Source: Methanotrichaceae archaeon (GTDB lineage: Archaea; Halobacteriota; Methanosarcinia; Methanotrichales; Methanotrichaceae). Taken from it: a stretch of 64,000 nucleotides of DNA. Where the stretch lies: the NCBI GenBank assembly GCA_963813075.1, contig CAWEXU010000030.1:96001-160000 (forward strand), given 5' to 3'. The notes beneath the pieces are model-generated. The model was not told the origin of the DNA. It worked only from the letters and a program-made list of their open reading frames with translations, and ran no database searches. The translations under genes and the position numbers were made by a program. This document shows positions 21,764 to 31,408 of the stretch, piece after piece. Every line of letters starts with the position of its first letter. Positions within the stretch are counted from its first letter, which is position 1.

Positions 21764-23290
21764 ATGAGCCTCAATAAACGATCATCAACCCAACCCCGAG
21801 CCGCTGGGAAATTCTATGCTCCGGCTTTTTCGAATGCATGCCACCCCTCGCGGGGCATACGCGTCCTGACCATTTGGGCGGTATCCCTTCTTTATGCTGC
21901 CCTATTGATCTCCTCCGTTGCCAGCGCCGACACCATATCCGTCAGCTCCGACTTGCAAGCGGCAATCGACGCCGCCCAGCCCGGCGACACCCTCCAGGTG
22001 GCCCCAGGGATCTATGAGAAGATATCCATAAGAAAGAGCCTGAACCTGGTGGGCAATGGGGCAGTCATCCAGGCAGGAGAGAGGGACGCCTGCGTGAATG
22101 TTGAGGCGGACGATGTATCCATATCCGGCTTTCTGGTCAGGAACGGATTTTATGGCATAAAGCTGAACGATGTCCAAAGCTGCACTGTGGCCAACAATAC
22201 GGTCATCCGCTGCACCCAGCCGGGAATTGCCCTCCTGTTTTCCGACGGCAATATCATCCAGGGAAACAACGCCAGCTTCAACGGCCTGGGGGGCGAAGGG
22301 TGGTATGGGATATACCTCTCCAACTCCAATGACAATCTGATCCTGGATAATGTGGCCTATGGCAATGGCGCCTACGGCATAAACCTCTTCCCCTCCTGCA
22401 GCAATAACACCATCCGGGGAAACGTTCTGCAGGGAAATATGTACGGCCTGTACATGTTCACAGATTGCAGCAATAATATCATAGAATATAACGACATGTC
22501 CAAAAACACCAACTCCGGCCTGGACCTGCGCTTCAACTGCACAGACAACCTGATCCGGAATAACAGCATGATCGAGAATGTGGTCGCCGGCCTTACCCTG
22601 CTGGATTCTGGATATAACCGCATATCCGGCAATCTGGTAGAGGGAAATGGGCGCTACGGCCTGCAGATCCAGAGCAATTCGAACGGCAATACCATCATCG
22701 ATAACACAATCTCGGACAGCCAGACAGGCATCTTCCTGGACTCGAGCCAGAACCTGATCTATGGAAATAAGATCCTTTATAATGTGATCCAGGCAGAGGA
22801 TAGAGCAGAGAACTCATGGAATGCCAGCTATCCTCTGGGGGGCAACCTGTGGAGCGACTACCATGGAGGCGATGAATACCAGGGACCGGAGCAGAACGTC
22901 CTGGGAGCTGACGGATTTGGGGATGTGCCACATGAGCTGGGCAAAGCGGCCCGCGATCTGTATCCCATTATGGGCGATCAGGTCAAGCAGATAAGCATCG
23001 TCGAGAAGTCTATTGATCCCACCCAGGCCAGAGTGGGAGACGATATAAAAATCACCGTGCGACTGGAGGCTCTGTATGATCTGAACCAGCTGACGGTTAG
23101 AGCATATCAGTCAGGAGAAGAGAGAAAGGGCTATGGCCGTCTGGTAGCTTCTGGGGATGGGTATAAGGGGTCCTTCTCCACCGCTCTCCTGGATCCGGGG
23201 GAGTACGACCTGGTGTTGAGGGTAAATGATGTTCGGGGATTCGAGCTGGAGGAGACCCTGGGAAGCTTCTCCCTCACCCCCCGGAGCTGA
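21764..23290 (+). CDS. secreted NosD/CASH beta-helix protein with C-terminal Ig-like domain
   Basis: LQAAIDAAQPGDTLQV, many GIxLxxSxxNxI repeats, GGNLWSDY, GFGDVP. Confidence 0.9.
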   Translation: MSLNKRSSTQPRAAGKFYAPAFSNACHPSRGIRVLTIWAVSLLYAALLISSVASADTISVSSDLQAAIDAAQPGDTLQVAPGIYEKISIRKSLNLVGNGAVIQAGERDACVNVEADDVSISGFLVRNGFYGIKLNDVQSCTVANNTVIRCTQPGIALLFSDGNIIQGNNASFNGLGGEGWYGIYLSNSNDNLILDNVAYGNGAYGINLFPSCSNNTIRGNVLQGNMYGLYMFTDCSNNIIEYNDMSKNTNSGLDLRFNCTDNLIRNNSMIENVVAGLTLLDSGYNRISGNLVEGNGRYGLQIQSNSNGNTIIDNTISDSQTGIFLDSSQNLIYGNKILYNVIQAEDRAENSWNASYPLGGNLWSDYHGGDEYQGPEQNVLGADGFGDVPHELGKAARDLYPIMGDQVKQISIVEKSIDPTQARVGDDIKITVRLEALYDLNQLTVRAYQSGEERKGYGRLVASGDGYKGSFSTALLDPGEYDLVLRVNDVRGFELEETLGSFSLTPRS

Positions 23291-23350
23291 TGAAACCTTG
23301 CATGCCCAGAAGACGAAGATTATAAATTATAAATGTCCAGGAGGCGGGAG

Positions 23351-24233
23351 ATGAGAGTAATCAGTACCGCAGGCTGCAGCTTGTTGCTGGCGAGCCTTAT
23401 TCATGGTGGCGTTCATTTCGAATGCAACACCCGAGGCTGGTGAGTGGACCTATTGCAATCAATCCAATGCCAGAGGGCCGGGCTTTTCCACAGTTCTGAT
23501 TCCTGTGGAGGAGATCGACCTCTCAGATCGCTCGAATATTATCATCGATATCAGCCCCCGATCGGCAGAGTATATTCCGGGAGCGATCAGCATTCCCTAT
23601 GACCGGTTCATCGATCCCGGAGGGAGGCTCGAGCCGATCAGCCAGGTGGCCGGCATTTTGGGGGAGGCAGGCATATCCGAGAATGATTCAATCATCATTT
23701 ATGGCGAATGCCAGCCCTGCGGCGGCGGCCCCTCGGCAGCGACCTACGTCTTCTGGATACTGAAATACCTGGGGCATGAGGATGTCCGCCTCCTGGACGG
23801 AGGGATAGACGACTGGGTGGCAGGGGCAAATCCCACCGCCCCCGAGCCGGAACGCCTTGCGCCCAGGAATTATACTCCCTCAATCGATGCCGATCTTCTG
23901 GCCACATATGATTTCGTTTGCGACAGCAGGCCCCAGATCATCGATGCCCGAACCGGGAAGGAATTTGAGGCCGGATCGATACCAGGAGCAATCAATATCC
24001 CCTATACCAGCGTTCTTGAGGGTAAAAGATTGCGGAATCAGTCAGAGCTGAATGAGCTCTTCAGGGATCTGCAAAAAGACAATTCGGTGGTGGTCTACAC
24101 CAATACCGGAGTCAAGGCCTCTATGATCTGGCTGCCCCTTACCCTTCTTGGCTATGACGCCAGGATCTATGCCTGGCAGGACTGGACTGCAGATCATTCC
24201 AGTATGGACTGCCAGCGATCCGGGCACTTATGA
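23351..24233 (+). CDS. secreted tandem-rhodanese (sulfurtransferase-like) protein, frameshift in the signal peptide near 23400
   Basis: YIPGAISIP, LLDGGIDDW, IIDAR...GSIPGAINIP; ATG 23351 after GGGAG is out of frame with ORF 23403. Confidence 0.8.
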
Positions 24234-24351
24234 TGTCGGGATCCTGGAAGCGAAAAATGGCATCAACAAGATCTTCCGCCGTGCCTCCAGTTTGAGGTGA
24301 AGTGACACCAGCAAATATAAGAATATTGAAAAATAATATCTGGAGTTAGAA

Positions 24352-26244
24352 GTGAGACCATTGCCCACCAGCCACATCCTCCACCTAGTTCTCCTGCTCA
24401 GCCTGGTCAGCTATGCATCCGCATTTCCGGTGCAAAATGCCCTGGAGAACAATAAAGCCACCGCCTGGTTTCAGAAGGAGTATGATAATTACTTCCGGCC
24501 GAGCGTCGATGACGGCACATCTCCGGTCATCTACGGGGTGAGCGTGAGCCCCTCTGCTCTAAAGACCGGAGACCCCAGGAGCGAGATAAATGCCCTGGTA
24601 AGTGATTCCTCGGGTCTGGAAATGGTCTATGCCGATATCGGCAATCGCATGAACCTGATGCTCGATTTGGACCGGGACGGCACATACACCGGCTATTGCG
24701 GCTCTAATCTGCCTGCGGGCACCTACAATGTGACCATCATCGCCGTAGACAGGTTCGGCAATGCGGCGAAGGACGAATCCAAGAAGATCACCATTCGCGA
24801 TCCCAGGGACCTCAATGGCAATGGAATAGAAGACAGCCTGGAAGAAGAGGAAGCCAGAGATCTGAAGGTCATAGTCCTTCATGAGGACAACCTTAGGGGA
24901 AACCTGACCGGCGTCGCACCCTCTCTGGGAAAGAGGTTCAAGGTCCTGCCCGGCAGCGCAATGACTGTCTCCTCGGATAAACTGGAAGAGATCGCCAGTA
25001 CCGAAGGCGTTCGGGGAGTGTACACCGATCAGAAGCTCACAGTGCTCTCAGCTGACAGCAGGGGCAGCCCAGACCCCGGGCCTTCGATCATAGACGATCC
25101 AAGAAAGATCTCCGGCCCTTTGGGGAAGGGGGTGACTGTGGCTCTGATCGATACCGGAGCAGATGCGGATCACGAGGCCCTGTCCGGGAAGATAGTCGCC
25201 TTCCAGGATTTCGTGAACAACCAGACCGAGCCCTATGATGACAATGGCCATGGCACGCACTGCGCCAGCCTGATCGCCGGCGATCAGGGGATGGGGGTGG
25301 CACCGGGAGCGGAGCTGGTGGTGATCAAGGTGATGGACCGGGATGGAGCATGCTATCTATCCGATGCCCTCAAAGCGCTGGATTGGTGCCTGGAGAATAA
25401 AGATCGCTACGGCATAAAGATAATATCATTCAGCGTGGGCGGAGAGGGCCCATCTGACGGAGCCACCCTATTGGACGAAGCCTGCGACCGGGTGGTTGAG
25501 GAGGGACTGATCATGTGCGTTGCTGCGGGCAACTCCGGACCCGATCCCTATACCATTGTGATGCCCGGCGGGGCGGAGAGGGTGATAACCGTGGGGGCCA
25601 TTGACCGCAGCGGATTGATATTCGACCAATCATCGCGCGGCCCGACACTCACCGGCGAGATCAAGCCGGACCTGGTCACCTTGGGAGTGGACGTCTCAAG
25701 TGCCCTGGCCGGCTCTGAGAATGGCCAGAGTTCAGTGAGCGGCACCTCCATGGCCGTCCCCCAGGTCTCTGGAGCATCAGCTCTTCTACTGGAGACGGAT
25801 CCGGACCTCGAGCCAGCGGATGTCAAGAGGCTGCTCCTTAAGACCGCAGATGAGCTGGGGCCGGAGGGAAAGGATAACCTCTACGGCTACGGAGCGCTCA
25901 ACCTGACCCAGGCCTTAAGAAGCATCAACGCCCCGGAGGAGGGGCTTTATCCTCCAGACCTCCTGGATGTGAGGCTGAACCGGGATGAGGCCACAGAGGG
26001 CGAGCCGGTGATGGTGGAGGCCCAGGCCTCCGGAGAGGTCAAGTCCATAAATACCAACATCATCGGGCCGGACAGAAACCTGGAGATTCCCATGGACGAC
26101 CTGGATGGAAACGGGATATACTCCGCCCGCTGGGAGACGAGCTTCTGGACGGCCGGCGATTATAAGATCTCCGTCGATCTGGAAGGGGGGTTTGGGGAGA
26201 TAGAGTCAATGGCGGTCCCTTTCCGCCTCCTTGAGAGGAGATGA
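24352..26244 (+). CDS. secreted S8 subtilisin-like serine protease with Ig-like flanking domains
   Basis: Catalytic triad IDTG, GHGTH and SGTSMAVP; AAGNSG oxyanion Asn; YGYGALN. Confidence 0.95.
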   Translation: MRPLPTSHILHLVLLLSLVSYASAFPVQNALENNKATAWFQKEYDNYFRPSVDDGTSPVIYGVSVSPSALKTGDPRSEINALVSDSSGLEMVYADIGNRMNLMLDLDRDGTYTGYCGSNLPAGTYNVTIIAVDRFGNAAKDESKKITIRDPRDLNGNGIEDSLEEEEARDLKVIVLHEDNLRGNLTGVAPSLGKRFKVLPGSAMTVSSDKLEEIASTEGVRGVYTDQKLTVLSADSRGSPDPGPSIIDDPRKISGPLGKGVTVALIDTGADADHEALSGKIVAFQDFVNNQTEPYDDNGHGTHCASLIAGDQGMGVAPGAELVVIKVMDRDGACYLSDALKALDWCLENKDRYGIKIISFSVGGEGPSDGATLLDEACDRVVEEGLIMCVAAGNSGPDPYTIVMPGGAERVITVGAIDRSGLIFDQSSRGPTLTGEIKPDLVTLGVDVSSALAGSENGQSSVSGTSMAVPQVSGASALLLETDPDLEPADVKRLLLKTADELGPEGKDNLYGYGALNLTQALRSINAPEEGLYPPDLLDVRLNRDEATEGEPVMVEAQASGEVKSINTNIIGPDRNLEIPMDDLDGNGIYSARWETSFWTAGDYKISVDLEGGFGEIESMAVPFRLLERR

Positions 26245-26852
26245 GTTCGATGCTGGAGGCCTGGCAGGAGATCGCGCAGTTTGGCAGAAAGGTGGTATCT
26301 TCCGGCCTCACAAGCTCTCGATTCGGAAATATAAGCATACGGCGGGATGATAAGATATTCATCACCGCCACGGGATCGATGCTTGACGAGCTGGATTCAT
26401 CCACGGTGGTAGAGGTCACTCTTGACCGCCCCTGCGAGATGGATAAGGTCGCCAGCATAGAGACCTGTGTTCACCGGGCGATCTACCTGAATACGGGGAA
26501 TATGGCCATCATCCATACCCATTCTCCATATGCGGTAGCATTATCCCTGCTGGAGGAGGGGGCGGTAGAGCCAGTTGACAGCGAGGGAGTTCTCATGTTA
26601 GGAGAGATGCCTATAATCGAGGGCCGCCTGGGGACCGATCTGCTCGCCAGCTCCGCCTCAATGGCACTGCAATTGCATAAGGCCTGCATCGCCCGCGGGC
26701 ATGGCGTATTCGCTGCTGGCGGAAGCCTGAGGGAGGCCTATACTGCCGCCTGCATGGCAGAGCACAGCTCTCAGGTGAAATATCTGGTGAATTGCTACCC
26801 TCAGGGGAAAAATTTATATCTTAACCGACACTCACTTAAATTGAGCGGGTAA
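26241..26852 (+). CDS. class II aldolase/adducin-family protein (FucA-like)
   Basis: FGNISIR, ITATGS, ASIETCVH, IIHTHSPYA, RGHGVF. Confidence 0.9.
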   Translation: MSSMLEAWQEIAQFGRKVVSSGLTSSRFGNISIRRDDKIFITATGSMLDELDSSTVVEVTLDRPCEMDKVASIETCVHRAIYLNTGNMAIIHTHSPYAVALSLLEEGAVEPVDSEGVLMLGEMPIIEGRLGTDLLASSASMALQLHKACIARGHGVFAAGGSLREAYTAACMAEHSSQVKYLVNCYPQGKNLYLNRHSLKLSG

Positions 26853-26905
26853 TCCTAGTTTTTAGAATCCACACTGAACCCCCACTCTCCTACCCGCTCA
26901 CTTAA
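26841..26905 (+). ncRNA. candidate small hairpin RNA with a C/U-rich loop
   Basis: TGAGCGGGTA (26842-51) / TACCCGCTCA (26891-900); gaaaaaTTTATAT box at about 26807-26819. Confidence 0.35.
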
Positions 26906-26995
26906 TAAATTAATAATAATAGCTTTCTGCCTGATGACCACTATTTACCTCATAAGTTATCAAAAGACCTATTAATGCCCGAGGGATACTAGCAT

Positions 26996-28105
26996 ATGAT
27001 GAACTCTTCATTGCAGTTAGGGAAGATCATGGGAATCCCGGTGCAACTGCACTGGTCCTTTTTGCTGGTCATCCTCTATATATCCTGGGCCTTCGCCTCC
27101 TTAAGCCAGCAGGTCCTGGGGAGGAGCTATGGCTTTGGTGAGATCGAACCGGTCAGCCTGAGATGGATTTATTCTCTGATCTTCTCCCTCGTCCTCTTCA
27201 GCTGTGTGGCCCTCCATGAGCTGGGGCACAGCTACATCGCCCACAAGAATGGAATCGAAATAAGAAGCATCACTCTCTACTTCTTCGGCGGTGTCTCCGC
27301 CATGGAAGAGATCCCGAGAAATCCCCGCCTGGAGCTGCAGATGGCCTTTGCCGGGCCTTTAGTGAGCGGCATTCTGGGCCTGATGGCCCTTCTCCTCTCC
27401 ACATTGCTGGATGAAGCCAGCCCCCTGGGCATAATGCTCTGGATGCTGGGCTTTTTGAACATCATCCTCATGCTCTTCAACCTGCTCCCTGCCTTTCCCA
27501 TGGACGGGGGTCGCCTCCTGCGGGCCTGGTTTGCCACCCATATGCCCTACATCAAAGCCACCCAGAGGGCGGCGGGCATCGGAAAGCTCTTCGCGATCAT
27601 CATGGCCGTCCTCGGCCTCTTCTCCTTCAACTTCATCCTCCTCTTTGTGGCCTTCTTCGTCTATGTGGGAGCCTCAGAAGAGGAGAAAGCAACCCAGATC
27701 AGCGTGTGCCTGGAGGGGACGAAAGTCATGGACATAATGTCTGAGGATGTGCGCACCGTCGACCAGGATATGAACCTGACAGAACTCAAAGAGCATATGT
27801 TCGAGGAGAAACACCGGGGCTACCCTGTCGTCTCCGGGGATGAGTTGATAGGAGTGGTGACCCTTTCCGACCTGCAGAGGATCCCGGAGAAGGATCGCGC
27901 AGATACCCGGGTAGCAGAGGTGATGACAAGAAAGTTATATGTGATCGGTCCTTCAGAGGAGGCATCTGCTGCGATGATGATGATGAACAGGATGAATATC
28001 TGCCGTCTGCCAGTAATGGAGGACGGCCGCCTGGTGGGCATCGTCTCCAGAGAGGACCTGGTCAGGGCCATTGAGCTATGCTCGGGACAGGACTGGAAGA
28101 GGTAA
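26996..28105 (+). CDS. M50 site-2 protease with CBS domain pair
   Basis: HELGH, AGPLVS, NLLPAFPMDGGR and two CBS repeats. Confidence 0.95.
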   Translation: MMNSSLQLGKIMGIPVQLHWSFLLVILYISWAFASLSQQVLGRSYGFGEIEPVSLRWIYSLIFSLVLFSCVALHELGHSYIAHKNGIEIRSITLYFFGGVSAMEEIPRNPRLELQMAFAGPLVSGILGLMALLLSTLLDEASPLGIMLWMLGFLNIILMLFNLLPAFPMDGGRLLRAWFATHMPYIKATQRAAGIGKLFAIIMAVLGLFSFNFILLFVAFFVYVGASEEEKATQISVCLEGTKVMDIMSEDVRTVDQDMNLTELKEHMFEEKHRGYPVVSGDELIGVVTLSDLQRIPEKDRADTRVAEVMTRKLYVIGPSEEASAAMMMMNRMNICRLPVMEDGRLVGIVSREDLVRAIELCSGQDWKR

Positions 28106-28110
28106 TCGAT

Positions 28111-29400
28111 TTGGATTTGGATAAGACGGAAGCACGGGGCAACTGCCCTGAGCCGACATGCACGATAATAGAGCCTGATTCGGGCGCCGATCTGACTGAG
28201 GGCCCCCGGCATGAGATCATCATCGTGGGGACGGCACATGTCTCTGAGAAGAGCGCTCTGGAAGTGGCCAGCAAGATCGAAGAGACAAGGCCGGACATCG
28301 TGGCAGTGGAGCTATGCCTTTCCCGCTACAAGGCCCTGACCGGCCAGGAGGAGAAGTCTGAGATCGAGATCGGCAAGCTTTTGAGTGGCGGAAAGCTCTA
28401 CCTGTTCCTGGTTCAGTTGCTCCTCGCTTATATGCAGCAGAAGATCGGCGATGAGATGGGGGTCAAGCCCGGCTCGGAGATGCTGGCGGCGATAAAGACC
28501 GCGCAGAACACCGGTGCTCGGGTGGCTCTGGTGGACAGGGACGTGGGAATAACCATTCAACGCTTCTGGTCGGCCATGGGATTTTTCGATAAGCTGAGGC
28601 TGATAGGATCCCTGATCCAGGGGGCCTTTGGAGGGCAGGAAGAGGAGATCGATATCGATACCATCACTCAGGATGATGTCGTCTCCCAGATGATAGGCGA
28701 GTTCCGCAAGATCTCTCCCGGCGCAGCCAGCGTTCTGGTCGATGAGAGGGATGCATACCTTGCCCGAAACCTGCTCAACCTCTCCAGGCAGGGCCGGGTG
28801 CTGGCAGTGGTGGGAGCAGGCCATAAGGAGGGCATAGAAAGGCACCTGAAAAATCCCGAGGCTATTCCTGCCATAGAGAGCCTGAATGTGAAATCCACGA
28901 AGAGGATCTCTTTTGCCAAAGTCTTCGGTGCGGCGGTGACATTGCTCATCGTGGTGATGATCGCTCTGTTGGTGATCACCGCTCAGTCCAGCGAGAGCCT
29001 GATCCTGGCCTTTGCCATCTGGTTTGTGATAACCGGAACTTTAGCCGCCCTGGGGGTAATCCTGGCCCGGGGTCATCCGCTCTCCGTTTTAATGGCGTTC
29101 GGCATCGCCTGGATGACCACCCTCAATCCACTTGTGGCTGCTGGCTGGTTTGCGGGCATGGTGGAAGCCTGGAAGATCAAGCCCACCGTCTCCGACCTCA
29201 AAGAGCTTCCCCAGGCGGAAAGCTTCCGCCAGATGAGGAAAAACCGCCTCTTCAAAGTCCTGTGGGTGGCATCGCTGGCCAATCTTGGGGCCACGGCAGG
29301 CACCTTTATCGGGATCTATGTCATCTGGAATGTGATGGGGCTGATCGATCCGAGAAAGCTGCTGAGCATAGCAATAGAGGCCCTATACGGAATCGTATAA
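28111..29400 (+). CDS. TraB/GumN (PrgY-like) family protein
   Basis: VGTAHVS, VAVELC, PGSEM, LVDRD, ERDAYLA, VVGAGH and C-terminal TM helices; TTG start inferred after GAGGT. Confidence 0.92.
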   Translation: MDLDKTEARGNCPEPTCTIIEPDSGADLTEGPRHEIIIVGTAHVSEKSALEVASKIEETRPDIVAVELCLSRYKALTGQEEKSEIEIGKLLSGGKLYLFLVQLLLAYMQQKIGDEMGVKPGSEMLAAIKTAQNTGARVALVDRDVGITIQRFWSAMGFFDKLRLIGSLIQGAFGGQEEEIDIDTITQDDVVSQMIGEFRKISPGAASVLVDERDAYLARNLLNLSRQGRVLAVVGAGHKEGIERHLKNPEAIPAIESLNVKSTKRISFAKVFGAAVTLLIVVMIALLVITAQSSESLILAFAIWFVITGTLAALGVILARGHPLSVLMAFGIAWMTTLNPLVAAGWFAGMVEAWKIKPTVSDLKELPQAESFRQMRKNRLFKVLWVASLANLGATAGTFIGIYVIWNVMGLIDPRKLLSIAIEALYGIV

Positions 29401-29403
29401 AAT

Positions 29404-30075
29404 TTATTTTGGGGCAGGCGGCTTTTCCGATATTATACTTACCCCTGCCTCTTTGATCTTATTCTTCCGGGCGACATTTAAAAGCATTGGAGTCAGGCTC
29501 TCCACCAGGGATGAGGCAGCCAGAGGGCCTACGAACAGCGGCCTGAGGTTTTTAATCTCCAGGGTCAAGCTCCTGACCATATCCACGGCCTCGGGATCGT
29601 CGCCGCATATCAGGACATCGCCTTTCAACTCCCTATCTCTTGCCTGAAGAGATGCAGCAGGTACGGTGTGAAAAGCGGATACAACCCTGATTTGAGGAGG
29701 AAGGAGCGACCTGGCCTGCAGGGCAGAGCTGCCCTCCTCAGGAGGATTAAAGCGGAAGAACTTGCCGTCGTAGCTCATGGGAACCACGGGGGAGATCACA
29801 ATCTGCTGGTCAAAAGACGAGGACAGATCATAAGTGACTGATTTCAGGTGCTCAGGTGGCACGCAGAGGATGACCGCGTCCGCGGCGGCCACTGCGCTGG
29901 CATTATCCGTTCCCCATACATTTCCGTTAGCGCCCTCAAGCTGCATGATCGCACTGGCGCTCTCCCGGGCCTTATCAGCATTACGCGAACCGATAATAAC
30001 CTCATGAAGGGACATAAAGCGCACAGCAAAGCCTGTACCAATATCGCCCGTCCCACCAACAAGAGCAATCTTCAT
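29404..30075 (-). CDS. npdG: NADPH-dependent F420 reductase
   Basis: MKIALVGGTGDIG, IIGSR, VVSAFHTVPA, DVLICGDD, VESLTP. Confidence 0.92.
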   Translation of the reverse strand: MKIALVGGTGDIGTGFAVRFMSLHEVIIGSRNADKARESASAIMQLEGANGNVWGTDNASAVAAADAVILCVPPEHLKSVTYDLSSSFDQQIVISPVVPMSYDGKFFRFNPPEEGSSALQARSLLPPQIRVVSAFHTVPAASLQARDRELKGDVLICGDDPEAVDMVRSLTLEIKNLRPLFVGPLAASSLVESLTPMLLNVARKNKIKEAGVSIISEKPPAPK

Positions 30076-30139
30076 GAGGGAGACGTTATCCAGCCTATTA
30101 TTACATTTTTGGGTCAGGTCGAATAAGAATGATAAAAAT

Positions 30140-30275
30140 CATAAGAATGAACCAGATCGATTGAATTTTACTTGTAAGAAGGGATGGCACGAGATGCGAA
30201 AGGGAGTAGCAATGAAGGGGGTAATAAACGTCACCTCGTGCCGCGAATTCCTGCATTATCATATCATAATGCAGT
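30140..30275 (-). ncRNA. candidate two-hairpin sRNA or structured leader upstream of npdG
   Basis: Perfect 9-bp inverted repeat 30251-30274; 13-bp stem 30186-30198/30229-30242; TTAATAAA at about 30306-30299 on the minus strand. Confidence 0.4.
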
Positions 30276-30346
30276 TATCACTATTAGGTCTCTTCTCCTT
30301 TATTAAGTTTTAGGTGGAAAAAAAGAATTATGCGTTTTATAAATTT

Positions 30347-31408
30347 TTAAAGATTATTGTCTTTCAGGGCCTCCTCCACCTCTGAAAGAGTAGCATCGGT
30401 CTTTATGCCCAGGCCGGTGAAATGGGTGCGGGAAGCCTGGCGGCCCATAGACTTCAGCCTCAGGATGACACCATCGATTTTCCCGGGGGTGATGCCGAGC
30501 TTTTCACAGATACTATGATGGTCATAATACATGGGCACATCAGCCTCCATCGCGCAGGTGCTGAGGATCTTCGTGGCTCTCCCTCCCAGATCTCCCTGGT
30601 CAAGGGCACGAAAAATGATATCAGGCTCTTGGATCCTGCCCAGCCACAGGGGCCCGGCCAGGGTGGTGAGGGATTGGCAGTGAGGGCACCGCCCCACGGG
30701 ATGTGGCTCCTCCAGGAGACTGAAGCTGCCGCAGCGGTTGCAGTGCTCCACATATCCCAGGGACTGGAGGGACCTGTCCGCCGCCGCTGCTCCTCGGATC
30801 ACGCGAAGGTAAGCGCGTACGTAGTGATCGGTCACATGGGTGAGCAACGGCTCTGTACCCTTGTCCAGCCGGGCCAGCTCACGGGCCGCCAGCCCGAGGA
30901 GGACCCTGGCTCCCATCTCCCGGTGATAATCGGTGCGCAGGGGACGGGCCATATATTTGCGAATACCGCTTTTCAAGTGAGCGCCACATAGAGGAGCGGT
31001 ATCTGTGGCAGTGATGAACAGATACGACCGGGCTGATCTGCTGGCAGCGGAAAGATATGGGGAGGGAGAGCCAAATGGGTCCAGGTCCACGGCCTGAAAA
31101 TGCTCCTGGTGCAAGAGAACATTGGCATTATTCTCAGAGACTATGCAGTTCAGCCTGTTTCTGGACACATTATCTCGCATCAGCTGCACCGCCCGGGGAT
31201 CGAAGTCATTGAGGGTCACCAACTCTACCCCCGCCTCTTTCGCCACCCTCAGCCCCCGGATGCCGCTGGCGGAGAGGGCGTCCAGGTACTCGCTGATCCC
31301 CAGGGCTCTTGTTACGGCCACCCCGATATCACGGTTCAGTTGCATCCTGGGGTTGTAAAAGGCCCCATCCACCTCGAATGTGATGGCGCCTTCTTCATGG
31401 AGAGTCAT
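30347..31408 (-). CDS. trm1: tRNA (guanine26-N2)-dimethyltransferase
   Basis: FYNPRMQLNRD, SASGIRGLR, DLDPFGSP, TATDTAPLCG, GPLWLG, SRTHF...IKTDA. Confidence 0.96.
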   Translation of the reverse strand: MTLHEEGAITFEVDGAFYNPRMQLNRDIGVAVTRALGISEYLDALSASGIRGLRVAKEAGVELVTLNDFDPRAVQLMRDNVSRNRLNCIVSENNANVLLHQEHFQAVDLDPFGSPSPYLSAASRSARSYLFITATDTAPLCGAHLKSGIRKYMARPLRTDYHREMGARVLLGLAARELARLDKGTEPLLTHVTDHYVRAYLRVIRGAAAADRSLQSLGYVEHCNRCGSFSLLEEPHPVGRCPHCQSLTTLAGPLWLGRIQEPDIIFRALDQGDLGGRATKILSTCAMEADVPMYYDHHSICEKLGITPGKIDGVILRLKSMGRQASRTHFTGLGIKTDATLSEVEEALKDNNL

